From positions 13,482,777 through 13,546,776 of the forward strand of contig NC_057729.1 of the NCBI RefSeq assembly GCF_004010195.1: 64,000 nt of DNA. Direction: 5' to 3'. A model generated the notes under the pieces. It saw only the letters and a program-made list of their open reading frames with translations, did not search any database and had not been told where the DNA came from. Positions 24,666 through 36,612 of this stretch are shown in pieces. Position 1 is the first letter of the stretch, and every line of letters starts with the position of its first letter. A program made the position numbers and the translations under genes. This stretch comes from Chiloscyllium plagiosum. Lineage: Eukaryota.

Positions 24666-25984
24666 GGATGAGTGAATAAAAAAAGGCAACTTTTTCATTT
24701 GATCTCATCCAGGATCTGGTGTCTCACCTGGGATGGGATGGGAAGGGATGAACATGCTCCCTTTCTTTATACACTCATCTACTCATTTAGCCACAACAAT
24801 GTTAATTAACAAAGAATTCCCGCTTTGTCGATTCCTTCCCTCCAGACCAAATGAATTCATATTTTGGAGAAACCTCTCTCAGGATCTGGTCATAACTATC
24901 ACCCACACTTATAGATATAACACTGAATGTTCAAAAAACTAATTACATTTAGTATAATTCATTAACAATTCCATTAAATCTTTAAAATGAAGGTAGAAGC
25001 TATTACAGTTACAATAAATCAAGAAAAATATTAAAAGTTTGATAAAGAGCTATGTAATACTTGAAAAATTTCACTACACTTACATTTCTATGTTAATCTC
25101 AATGTGTTTGTTGCAACACTTTAGGCTGCATTGTCCCCTCCTCTGATGTCATGGCAAGACTGGCTTCACTCCTTTGTGCTTTATAAGGTCTAGACAATGG
25201 AGGTGACTGGGAGCAGCCAGATGATAAAACCAGGAAAGGTAAATAGACATTTTCTGATAAAATTACTATTAAACGGATCAACCGCAGGAATTCCACATGA
25301 TCCCAATGCCCAACTCCATTCTATGTTGCTCCAGTGACCTTCTGGTCAGAATATCTGGGCCAATATTGATATGCCTCTTAAAAAGCAAAGAATAAGGTGA
25401 AGTGATGAACTGTACATGCAGCCATGAGTGCAAAGCTGGAATGCTTAAATAATAGAATTACTCCAATCTCATTTGCCCCTTTAAAGATCTTCTGCTGGCA
25501 TGTTGAGAATTTTTGATGCTTGATTCTGCAGGATTAAGCAGTTTTCAGTGTAACAGCCACTTTAACTATATAGAAGTAAATACTTGGAGAACTACAGAAT
25601 TGTGGAATAACTGATTATTAGATAAATTTCCCTAAATGTGATGGATGGTGTGTATTAACATTATAAGTTTGCATTTTGTTTTCACCCTTAACACAGTGTA
25701 AAGACCCACAAAGTAATTAAGTTTTAAAGTGAATTAATCTTCATTAAGCAGCTGGTTGACAACCTAATTTCTTTTGCAGATAATAATGTATAGTAAGAAA
25801 CTCCACAACACATGAGAAAGCACAATTTAACCTGGTGAGGGTAATTGCTTGTCAGCCTCATTAAAGAAGGATCCCTTCTACCTATCCTGTCCAGTTACTG
25901 CTGTATTACTATTCACCCAGGAAGTCAGACTTGTTATTCAAACATGCTCTTTTACACATGTTGTAATCTCAAATGATGAGAAGA

Positions 25985-26330
25985 TGATGGCCTAGTGCTA
26001 CTCTCGCTGGACTGTTAATCCAGAGATCCAGGTAATATTCTGGGGATGCTGAATCCTGCCATGGCAGAAGGTAGAATTTGAATTGAATAAAAATCTGGAA
26101 GCAAATGTCCAAAAATGACCAGGAAGCCATTGTCGATTGTCAGGGAAAAACCCATCTGGTTCATGAATGTCCTTTAGGGAAGGGAACTGCCATTCTTAAG
26201 TGGTCTGGCCTACATGTGATTCCAGACCCACAGCACAGCAGTTGACTCTTAACTGCCCTCTGGGTAATTAGAAATGGGCAATAAATGCTGGTCTAGCCAG
26301 AGATGCCCTCATCCCGTGAATGAATAGAAA
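25985..26330 (+). mobile_element. Second tRNA-derived SINE family (old), with a tail shared with the LINE hosting the ERV
   Basis: TGGCCTAGTG A-box-like head, degraded B box, and a 3' GGGCAATAAATGCTGG...ATCCCGTGAATGAAT tail. Confidence 0.55.
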
Positions 26331-27032
26331 AAAAGTGATAGAGCTCCAACATTTATTTCATCATGTGTTTCATAAAATTTGTCTAACTGTCTGCCATTGA
26401 CATGAGTAGGGCAGATTTACTCAACATGTCTAGCACATTATAAACACATATTCCCTGACCTTCAAATCCTGGGGTGATACCTGAGCTTAGAGCTTCTTAA
26501 CCAATGGCAGGGATGCTGCCTATTACATCACAAGACTTCTAATGATTTCTTTTAACACCGAAAAATATAATTTTATAATTTTGCAGAAAGAAAAAACTGT
26601 ACCCTTCATTCACTCATAATAGAATCCTTCCCCCCCATGTTCTGAACAATGAACTGCGATGTTTAGTGAAAGTTCAATATTGCATGTGACAACATCTCCC
26701 TCATGAAGTCTGAAAGGCATTTCCAAAAGTTGTAATACTTTCAAGTTCACACACTAAATCTAGATACAAGCGATTTAACTTTTGACCAGAAACTGAACTG
26801 TACCAGCCACTGCATACTTAATGGGGACTCTCTGGTGTGTAACTCTCCTCTGGATTCACCAAAGCCTCTCCACAACCTACAAGGGACAAATGTTTTGGAA
26901 TACTCTTGATGTGCCTGAATGAGGGCAGCTCCAACAACACAAGCGCTCTGATTTGATCCAGGAGAAACCAGCCTGTTGATTTGACCCATCTTCCATCTCA
27001 AACATTCACTCTGTCCACCAATAATCCATGGT

Positions 27033-27610
27033 TGTAAGGAAAAGAATTGTACACATTGTTCTTTCTGTAAAAATCAAAAGGCTCAGTGTGGGCTATTGGG
27101 GGAGGTGGGTGTCGGTTGAGTAAGATATGTCTGTACAAACAGTTACAAGCATCTGTTTCCCGGTTCTGCAAAAACAAACAAAAAGGACTACCATTAAGAG
27201 GTCATAAAGCTCAGTGTGAATAAAGGATAGAAAGAAAGATTGTTTTGGTAAGCATGGAAACAGATTGCAGTGAAGAAGGATAAATAACAATAAGACCACA
27301 GAGGGAAGTGTCAAACGGCCTTGTGAGGCCAGAGATAAACATTTTGTCACGGACAAGGCCGGATGAGTTCAGAGACAAACAGCTGGGTTTCGATTAGAAA
27401 CAGATGTAAACGGGGAGGAGCAATGGGAGGAGGGAAGAGAAACGAAATACATAAATATTGTGTACTTGTTAAATTCAGTGTGTGTGTGCCTGCCTGCCTA
27501 GTGGACAGTGGACACAAAACCCCTCTTGCAAGAGCGTAATAAAAGATACTACTGATTCAGATCTTGTCTCGGACTGAAATTATTGAAGTGAGTGAGCTTC
27601 ATTTCTCACA
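27033..27610 (+). repeat. ERV 5' LTR (578 bp)
   Basis: TG...CA ends; direct repeat of 35126-35738; AATAAA at 27538-27543. Confidence 0.97.
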
Positions 27611-27612
27611 AC

Positions 27613-27631
27613 TGGGGGCTTCGTCCGGGAT
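27613..27631 (+). promoter_or_regulatory. Primer binding site, tRNA-Pro
   Basis: TGGGGGCTTCGTCCGGGAT equals the canonical Pro PBS TGGGGGCTCGTCCGGGAT plus one extra T, 2 nt after the LTR. Confidence 0.9.
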
Positions 27632-27855
27632 ATTCTTCCATCACCGGTGGGAATGGTTGGCCCTGGACACTGGGAAAACGTGTCCCTTGGGCGACTGGTA
27701 CGAATCCCACAAGAGAGACATCTGAATCAGACAGTTAAAGGTAGTCGGTAGAAAATATGGAAAAAGCGGCCAGGCAACTCTGCACAGACCAAGGTAAGAA
27801 CGTTGACTTTTAAGTACAACCTTGGTGGCCAGGATTGGTGTGTAGGAAGCTCACC

Positions 27856-29471
27856 ATGGGAGGCTCAAACAGTAAAGGTGGATGTAATGTGGATAAGGGG
27901 AAAATTGAGGAATCCCCTGGGGACATCCCCCCAGAAAGTCCGTTGGGAAGGATGTTGATAATCCATGTATTAAGGGAAAGAATAAAAAGAAAATGATCAA
28001 GTATTGCTGTTTTGTATGGACTAAGGAGACAATCCTGCGTCCCTCCATCTTCTGGCCAAAGTACGGATCGGACGAGGATTGGATCTGTCAGTATTTAAAT
28101 TTATATGTGAACAGAAAACAGCCTTATAATCAGGAGAAGTCTAATTATGCATCATGTTGGGGGGGTAGTTCCGCAATGATGGCAGTGAAAACACCAGTAC
28201 CGGAGACTCCTTCGGCCTCACCTCAGCCTTGGGATCCTCCCCAGAACCTCCCTCCCCCTTACCAACAAATATAGGGAAATTAGGAAGGGGATCAACCTTC
28301 CCGGCAGACCAGGCTCAACTAGAAGGAATAGTTGAAGATGCGGGAGAAAGCAGGGGAGCAGTGGGGGGGAGTGGTGGCGGTACCCGAACAACGGGAGTCC
28401 GCTGATAAACGAACAAAAAAGGAACCCATGGGAACACAAAGGGGGTCAAAGGTTATGACAAGGGAGGATAAAAAGAAACAGAAAGAAGTTAAACAATACC
28501 CATTAAGAAAGGTTCCAATAGGAGACAAAGAAATCGGGTTTGTTAGCACTCCCTTAACCTCGGGGGAGGTCACTCGTTCAAAAAAGAAATGAAAGTTTTG
28601 ATTGAGGACCCGTGGGACTCCCTGAACAGGTAGACCAGCTTTTAGGGCCAAGCCTGTACATGTGGATGGAGTTGATGTCCATCCATAATATCCTATTCAC
28701 GGGGGAAGAAAGAGGACTCATATGGGGTGCCGCAATAAAAATTTGGGACAGGGAGCATTCGGTTGGACATCCAGGAGCAGGTAGAGGGAAGGCGAAGTTT
28801 CCTTTGAGGGACCCTCGCTGGGCTAATCAGAATGCAGATCATAGGGAGGAGATAAAAGACTTCAAGGATATGATTATGAATGGTATTCGAGAAGTGGCCC
28901 CCAAATCATAGAATTTGATGAAAGCGTTTGAAATAAGACAGGAGACAGATGAGACGCCCTCGGCTTTTTTGCAAAGGTTAAGGGACTCCATGTGTAAATA
29001 TTTGGGTATGAATCCTGAGGACCCTGTAGCACAGGAGCTCTTGAAAGTACATTTTGTAACGAAAGCTTGGCCAGACATACAGAAAAAGATACAAAAGATC
29101 GAAGGGTGGAGTGAAAAACCATCAGATGAATTATTGAGGGAAGCCCAGAAAGTATTTGTGGAAAGAGAAGACGAGAGACAGAAGCAGAAGGCAAAAATGA
29201 TGGTAGTCAGGTTGATGAGGTCATGAAGAAAAGGGTAGAACCCATAGGAAACAACTGGAAGGGGGGATGGCAGCATGTAGGGCAGAGTGGTAGAGGAAGA
29301 GGGCAAAGTGGGATGTGCTTAAGAGGTCAAGGAAGACAAGAAACACAAAAATGGAGGACTCCCCAGGTAGGATGTTATTATTGTGGAAAAACGGGGCATT
29401 TTAAGAGGGATTGCCTAGATCTAAAAAGGGAAGAGCAGGCAATTCCACTCATGAATTTTGACAAAGAATAG
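27856..29471 (+). pseudogene. gag: ERV gag (stops and frameshifts)
   Basis: Kozak ATG with myristoylation-type MGGSNS; MIKYCCFVWT...WPKYGS; PPPY late domain; MHR-like QETDETPSAFLQRL; one zinc knuckle CYYCGKTGHFKRDC; ends in TAG. Confidence 0.92.
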
Positions 29472-29533
29472 GGGTGTCAGCGGTTCCTGCCCCTGGGGAC
29501 CCACCAGGAACCCTTGATAAATTTAAAGGTGGG
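29469..29533 (+). promoter_or_regulatory. gag amber-readthrough signal with H-type pseudoknot
   Basis: TAG, then spacer GGGTGTCA; stem 1 GGTTCCTG (29482-29489) pairs with CAGGAACC (29505-29512); stem 2 CCCAC (29500-29504) pairs with GTGGG (29529-29533). Confidence 0.75.
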
Positions 29534-32500
29534 ACCCTGTAGAGAAGAGGTAGTCTTTTTGGTAGATATGGGGGCATCAAGGTCATCGCTAAATTTTAAA
29601 CCCAAGAAGGTGACTACATCAGGAAAGGCCGTTATGGTTTCTGGAGTAAAAGGGGAAGGATTTACAGTTCTAGTATTTGAGCCATGATGATAGACGGACC
29701 AAAGGATATGGTTACTGGGGAGCTGCTATATATTCCGGATATAGTGAGCAATTTATTAGGAAGGGATCTGATTATTCTGCTCGAATTGGAGATAGGAGTG
29801 TAGGAAGAAGAGATAAGGGTACAGATGGCCCTTTTGACGGAAGAGGCAGGAAAAGAAATAAACCCAATGGTATGGGCCAGGGAGGGGAATCGAGGAGGAC
29901 TACAGATTCCTCCCCTTGAAATAAGCTTGAAAAAGAAAGGAGAGATGGTACGTGAGCGACAGTACCTCATATCTGTAGAAGGGAAGCGGGGACTACAACC
30001 GGTAATTAAGGGATTGATCAGGGATGGGCTGTTGGAACCCTGCATGTCCCCGTACAACACTCCGATCCTGCCAGTAAGAAAATCAGATGGAACGTAAAGG
30101 GTGGTACAGGACTTACGGACGTTGAACAGGATAGTACAAATTAGACATCCAGTGGTCCCCAATCCCTATACGTTGTTAAGTAAAATCCCACACGATCATA
30201 AATGGTTGAGTGTAATTGATTTAAAGGATGCTTTTTGGGCTTGCCCCCTGGTGGAAGAGAGTAGGAATTTATTTGTCTTTGAATGGGAAAATCCCAGGAC
30301 GGGGCGGAAGCAGCAATACCGCTGGACAGTACTACCTCAGGGATTCACGGAATCCCCCAATCTGTTTGGATAGACGTTGGAAAGAATATTAGAAGACTTT
30401 AATAGCCTCAAGGGGACCAGCCTCTTACAGTATGTAGATGATTTACTAGTAACGGGGAAAAAGAAAGAAAAGACTACCGAAGCGACGAATAAATTGTTCA
30501 ACTTACTGGGGAGGCAGGGACTAAGGGTATCCAGTACGTAGAGAGGAAAGTAAAATATTTGGGGCACCTAGTCAGTGAAGGAAAAAGAAAAATAAGTCCG
30601 GAAAGGATCGAAGGGATAGTAGACATGCCCCTGCCCGGTACCAAGAGGGAGTTGAGGAAGTTCCTGGGCCTAACAGGATACTGCAGGTTGTGGATAGATT
30701 CTTATGCCCAGAAGACAAAAAAAAATTGTATCTTAAGTTAGTAGAGGGGGAACCAAAGAACTTAGTATGGGATGCTGAGGAAAAGAAATTAATAAAGTAA
30801 CTTAAGAAAAACTTAATACATGCTCCTGTCCTGGCTCTCCCATCCTTAGACAAGCCCTTCCACTTGTTTGTCACAGTAGATAAGGGTGCGGCTTTGGGAG
30901 TACTGACCCAGAAGTGGGGAGGAATGAAACAACCTGTGGCATATCTTTCCAAACTATTGGACCCTGTGTTGAGAGGATGGCCGGAATGTGTGCAGGCAGT
31001 AGCAGCTACGGCAATACTGGTAGAAGAAAGTAGGAAACTCACATTCGGGGGAGCCCTGATAGTGAGTACCCCACATCAGGTCAGGACGATACTCAATCAG
31101 AAAGCGGGGAGATGGTTAACTGACTCCAGGATATTGAAGTACGAGGCCATATTGGTAGAGAAAGATGATTTAGTCTTGGTCACTGACAGTTGCCTGAACC
31201 CTGCCACCTTTTTGTGGAAGGCAGAAGGAGAACCACCCCAAAATCCAGAACACGACTGTTTAGATATTATAGAATACCAGACCAAAGTCTGGATGGACTT
31301 GAGAGATATCCCTCTTCATGAAGGAGCCCGACTTTTTATTGATGGATCATCCCGAGTGATTGAGGGCAGGAGGCATAATGGATATGCGGTAATTGAAGGG
31401 ACGGAAAGAAGCACACTAGAAGCCGGGAGGCTACCTAATGGATGGTCAGCGCAGACGTGTGAGCTATATGCACTAGAAAGGGCTTTAAGAGTATTAGACG
31501 ATAAAGAAGGGACAGTATATACGGATTCAAAGTACGCATTTGGAAAGATATGGCAAGAGAGAGGGCTGATAAGGAGTTAGCCCATGAGGAATTGATAAAG
31601 CGAGGTTTGGATTCTTTGTTATTACCTCGGGAGATAGCGGTTGTCCATGTGAATGGGCATCAGAAGGGGAATGGGCCAGAAGAAAAAGGAAATAGATTGG
31701 CTGATGAAGTGACTAAGGAAGCAGCTTTGGGGCCTGAAGAGGCTGAGATATTTTCATTAATTCCTGTAATGTCAAAATCCCGAGAAATCCCAATATTTAC
31801 TGAGAAGGAAAAAAGAGAGCTGAAGGAGTTAGGGACTACGGAAACAGCGGAGGGACATTGGATGTTGCCGGATGGTAGAGAAATGTCAAACAAAATGGTG
31901 ATGTGAGAAATTATGGCAGTATTACACCAGAGTAGCCATTGGGGTGTACAAGCGATGTGTGATCTGGTCTTAAGGAAATACGGATGTAAGGGGATTTATA
32001 TGGTGGCCAAACAGATTTGTGAGAAGTAAAATCTGCAGGAAAGTGAACAAGAAGGTGACTAGGAAACAGACTCCAGGAGGAAGGGAGCCAGGGTTAAGAC
32101 CTTTCCAAAGCATGCAGGTGGATTATTCTGAACTACCCCGGGTGGGAAGATTGAAGTATATGCTAGTGATAGTGGACCATCTCTCGGGATGGTTCGAGGC
32201 ATATCCTTTAGCTACGGCCACTGCAGGTGGTTTATCTAAGATGATATTGGAACATATCATTCCCCGGTATGGATTGGTGGACTGTATTGATTCGGATCAG
32301 GGAATCCATTTTACTTCCAAGGTCCTACAGGGAATAATGAAGGGATTAGGGATATCTTGGGAGTTTCATACCCCATGACACCCTCCACCATCGGGAAGGG
32401 TGGAAAGGATGAATCAGACACTGAAGAAACAATTATCTAAGTTAATTGTTGAAACCAGGCTTCCTTGGACCAAATACTTGCCAATCGCCCTTCTACGAAT

Positions 32501-32941
32501 ATGAACAGCTCCCCGCAAAGATTTGGGACTGTCCCCTTATGAGATATTCGGACTACCCTAGTTGGGGATGAAAAGAGAGTTACCGGTACCAGAAACTAAA
32601 GATTTGTTCTTAAAGAAGTATATACTGGGCTTGTCCTCCTCTTTGTCTTTCCTCAGGAAACAGGGTTTATTGGCACAGACTCCGCCCCTTGAATTCACTT
32701 TTCATCCGATTCGACTGGGAGATTGGGTCTTAGTAAAATCATGGACAGAGACTAAATTGCAACCGAGTGGGAAGGGCCGTACCAGGCTCTCTTGACCACT
32801 GAAACAGCGATAAGGACGGCAGAGAAAGGTTGGACTCACTACACCAGGATCAAGGGACCGGTGGAATCCCCGGTTGAAAAAGTAGTCTGGACAGCCAAAT
32901 CAACAGAAGAACCACTGAAACTGAGACTCAAAAGACTTTAA
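29472..32941 (+). pseudogene. pol: ERV pro-pol (protease, RT, RNase H, integrase), disrupted
   Basis: Protease FLVDMGA; RT SPYNTPILPV, QDLR, DLKDAF, LPQGF and QYVDD; RNase H FIDGSS and YTDSKYAF; integrase HHCC, QVDY, DSDQG and GRVERMN; WEGPY. Confidence 0.95.
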
Positions 32942-33035
32942 GTAACTGATTTTTATGCAGACGCGGGATGGATCTTTTTTTTGATATATATTGTATTGCA
33001 AGTTAAATCTCTCGGTCTTTCAATGTTATTGTAGA

Positions 33036-35075
33036 ATGTTGGGGATGCTTAGGGTTATGATACCAGCTCCCTTAATATTGGGGTTTTGTCAAATATCGTC
33101 TTCATATGTGTTATTAACGGTTCCTGAGTCTGATAATCCACAGGTAATAGATGTTGATGCATGCAGCTTAGTAAATTGTGGGGATGTAGATAATCAGAGA
33201 CAGTACAGCAGCTCTGAGATACATCTTCAGTCCTTTGGGAATGGTACTTGGTATAATGGTCTTGTCACAGTACACCGGGCCACCTTCCGATCAGCTCTCG
33301 ATTGACCCGATAAAAAGTGCAACCCAATATACCTAACGATAAAGAAAACCACATGGCACGAAGCATCTCGGGGGTGGGGGGGCACCTATGAGATACAATT
33401 AAATGAAACATTTGGGATAGAAATGAAAGCAAACGGGAAGGATTTCTTAGGCAGTTGTTTTCAAATTAGCGTAGGAAAGGGAAGACAGACAGAACTACTG
33501 GATAATAAGATTCAACCTTTCACCCCTCCCGATGATCCTAAAGTTGTAAAAATTATAGAGGTAAAGGACTAGAAACAGACCATCGAAATAGAAACTGGGT
33601 ACGGGGATGCAATTGCCTGGGTTGAATGGGTCAAGTATACTGTAAAAAGTCTGAACAAGATCAATTACTATGCAAGTGCCTCCGGTAGACCAGTGGCCCA
33701 GGTGGTCCCCTTTCTGCTTGGGTGGAAGCGAGACAGGAAGGGCATGAAATGTATGATAGTCCTGTACCAGGATGAGACTGCATGGAATGATAGGAACTGT
33801 ACCTCCCTAGCTCTGATGTTCCCTCCCTTGGAGAAGAAAGATTCAAAAGCACCTCCCCACTACGTTTTCAGCCGCAGTTGGAAATCACATGTCGTGTGCG
33901 CGTAGACGAGGTACAAATCGGTCTAGAGATTTGGGGGAGCTGAAATTACGTACAGAGGTTAAGAATGTCACCAAAGCGGACAAGGGAGGGAACTACTCAG
34001 CATTAAAGATTCCCCGAGCAGATCTATGGTGGTACTGTGGGGCAAAATATTGAGACCCATCCACCCTCCCTCTGGATTGGAGAGGGATATGTGCAATTGT
34101 ACAACTGGCAATTCCATTTACCCTGGCATTTAAGAAGGAAAAGATAGTAGGGAAAAAGGGAAGGAGTAAAAGATCATTATTAGACACCTCTTTTGATGAC
34201 AGGATTTATCTAGACTCTATAGGAGTTCTAAGAGAGGTACCGGATGAGTTCAAGGCTCGCAACCAGATTGCAGCAAGCTTTGAGTCAGCTCTCTTCTGGT
34301 GTGTAACGATTAATAAAAATGTAGATTGAATAAATTACATTTTCTATAATCAACAGCGATTTATGAATTATACAAAAGATGCGGTTAAAGGAATAGCAGA
34401 ACAGCTTGATGCAACAAGTAGGATGCACGGGAAAACAGAATGGCCCTCGATATGATTTTAGCAGAAAAAGGGTGTGTGTGTGTGTGTGTGTTGTTAGGAG
34501 GAAGCTGTTGTACCTTTATTCCTAATAACACTGCGCCTGATGGTTCAATAACTCAGGCCTTAAGGGGATTGACTACCCTCCCACAATCCAAAAAGGTGCA
34601 GGTTAGGTGAATTGGCCATGCTAAATTGCCCGTAGTGTTAGCTGAAAGGGTAAATGTAGGGGAATGGGTCTGGGTGGGTTGTGCTTCGGCAGGTCAGTTT
34701 GGACTTGTTGGGCTGAAGGGCCTGTTTCCACACTGTAAGTAATCTAATCTAATCTTAGCAGAGGAACTGGCTGAAAATTCAGGAGTAGACACATCTCTCA
34801 CGGGATGGCTTAAATCATGGTTTGGAAAATGGAAGGGGGTGGTGGTTTTCATCCTTACTTCCCTGATAGTAGTAGCCGGAGTATTGGTAGCCATTGGCTG
34901 TTGCATCATACCCTGTATACGAGGGCTCACCCAGAGACTGATTGAGACAGCCTTAATGAAAGAGATGCCCCTGAAAGGGAATCAGGCAGAGGAACTTTAT
35001 CTAGAAAGAATGAGTGAGACCAAGATGGATGAAGTCTCAGGAATGATGCTTGAGAAATTTGGGGACGATACTTAA
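33036..35075 (+). pseudogene. env: ERV env (SU/TM), disrupted by stops, frameshifts and a SINE
   Basis: Hydrophobic leader; furin site RSKR at 34162-34173; ISU-like ENRMALDMILAEKG; CX6CC; membrane anchor VVFILTSLIVVAGVLVAIGCCIIPC. The start position is approximate. Confidence 0.88.
34578..34754 (+). mobile_element. 5'-truncated HE1-type SINE inserted in env TM
   Basis: SINE 3' half with a (TAATC)n tail interrupts GLTT|LAEELAENSG. Confidence 0.9.
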
Positions 35076-35112
35076 AGGAAAAATTGTAGAAACAACAATA
35101 GAATGTAAAAGC

Positions 35113-35124
35113 AAAAAGGGGGAA
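35113..35124 (+). promoter_or_regulatory. Polypurine tract
   Basis: AAAAAGGGGGAA immediately before the 3' LTR. Confidence 0.9.
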
Positions 35125-35125
35125 T

Positions 35126-35738
35126 TGTAAGGAAAAGAATTGTATACATTGTTCTTTCTGCAAAAATCAAAAGGCTCAGTGTGGGCTATTAGGGGAGGTG
35201 GGTGTCGGTTGAGTAAGATATGTCTGTACAAACAGTTACAAGCATCTGTTTCCCGGTTATGCAAAAACAAACAAAAAGGACCACCATTAAGAGGTCATAA
35301 AGCTCAGTGTGAATAAAGGATAGAAGGAAAGATTGTTTTGGTAAGCATGGTGAATAAAGGATAGAAGGAAAGATTGTTTTGGTAAGCATGGATACAGATG
35401 GCAGTGAAGAAGGATAAATAACAATAAGACCACAGAGGGAGGTGGTCAAACGGCCTTTTGAGGCCAGAGATAAACATTTTGTCACGGACAAGGCCGGATG
35501 AGTTCAGAGATGAACAGTCGGATTTAGATTAGAAACAGATGTAAACGGGGAGGAGCAATGGGAGGAGGGAAGAGAAGCGAAATACATAAATATTGTGTAC
35601 TCGTTAAATTCAGTGTGTGTGTGCCTGCCTGCCTAGTGGACACAACACCCCTCTTGCAAGAGCGTAATAAAAGATACTATTGATTCAGATCTTGTTTCGG
35701 ACTGAAATTATTGAAGTGAGTGAGCTTCGTTTCTCACA
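35126..35738 (+). repeat. ERV 3' LTR (613 bp)
   Basis: Direct repeat of the 5' LTR with a 41-bp tandem duplication (35309-35390). Confidence 0.97.
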
Positions 35739-36393
35739 ATGGTGCACTGCAGCAACTCAGCAGGGGCTGCTTACACAGCACCTTCGAAATCTATGACCTC
35801 AACGACCTGGAAGTAAAAAATGAAGAGGCAGTGCTCCGAATTCAAATAAACATGTTGGACTATAACCTGGTGTCATGCAATTTTTAACTTAGAAGTAAAA
35901 AGGCAGCAGATGTTTGGGAACACCATCACCTGCAAATTCCCTTCAAAGTCACACACCATCCTCACTTGGAACTACATCATTGTTCCTTCACTGTCATGGA
36001 GATAAAATCCTGAAACATCTTTCCTAACAGCACTGTACACGTTCCTACACCAGATAAACTGCAAAGTGGCATAAGAAATGGCTCACCACAACTTCCCAAA
36101 GGCAGTTAAGAATAAGCAGCAAATGCAGATCTTGCTTGTGATGCCCACATTCTGTGACAGACTAAAATAAACACCTGACCGCCATCTTGATGGGTGATCC
36201 CGGTGCTTACCCAGAATGGAGTAGTAGGTAAATCTGCAATCCCATTGGTTCTAATTCTGTCTTATGAAAACAAGGATATTAGTGACTCACAGTTGTGCTG
36301 TAGGAAATGTCTGAAAATGTATGGAAGTTTGGCAGGAGCACTTTAAAAGTCTCAAACAATGCTTGTTGCCATGTGGTAAGTGACTTGAAATTA

Positions 36394-36612
36394 CAATTGG
36401 TTCTGCTATAACCCATGTTTCTTCAACATGAATTGGCTTTAACACCACTGAAGAATTTAGACTGTTATTTGTAGAATTTGAACTTTCCTTACCTGTATTG
36501 GCTATAACATGATTCTGGCCCCATTAGTTTAAACGGTGTGGCTATTGCACGATTTTCTTATAATGCAAGATCGCACTAGATCAGAACTATCGTGTTATTT
36601 CAGAACCAACTG
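36394..36612. mobile_element. Tigger/pogo-type MITE
   Basis: TA flanks; TIR CAATTGGTTCTGCTATAAC versus CAGTTGGTTCTGAAATAAC. Confidence 0.8.

Larger units (their letters stand above)
27033..35738 (+). mobile_element. Full-length defective class I (gamma/epsilon-like) endogenous retrovirus
   Basis: LTR-PBS-gag-pro-pol-env-PPT-LTR order; 5-bp TSD ATGGT at 27028-27032 and 35739-35743. Confidence 0.97.
26740..36170 (+). mobile_element. Old LINE (CR1/L2-group) 3' fragment split by the ERV (host pieces ~26740-27032 and ~35739-36170)
   Basis: The flanks join into the same repeat seen in reverse at ~9975-10620, ~50780-51130 and ~54985-55690. Confidence 0.6.

Noticed and set aside
27093-27356. Repeated 87-100 aa ORFs here and at 35189-35491 as a viral accessory gene
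   Set aside because: Antisense frames within the duplicated LTRs; no supporting motif.
33036-35075. Domesticated (syncytin-like) env
   Set aside because: Multiple stops, frameshifts and a SINE insertion; no intact ORF.
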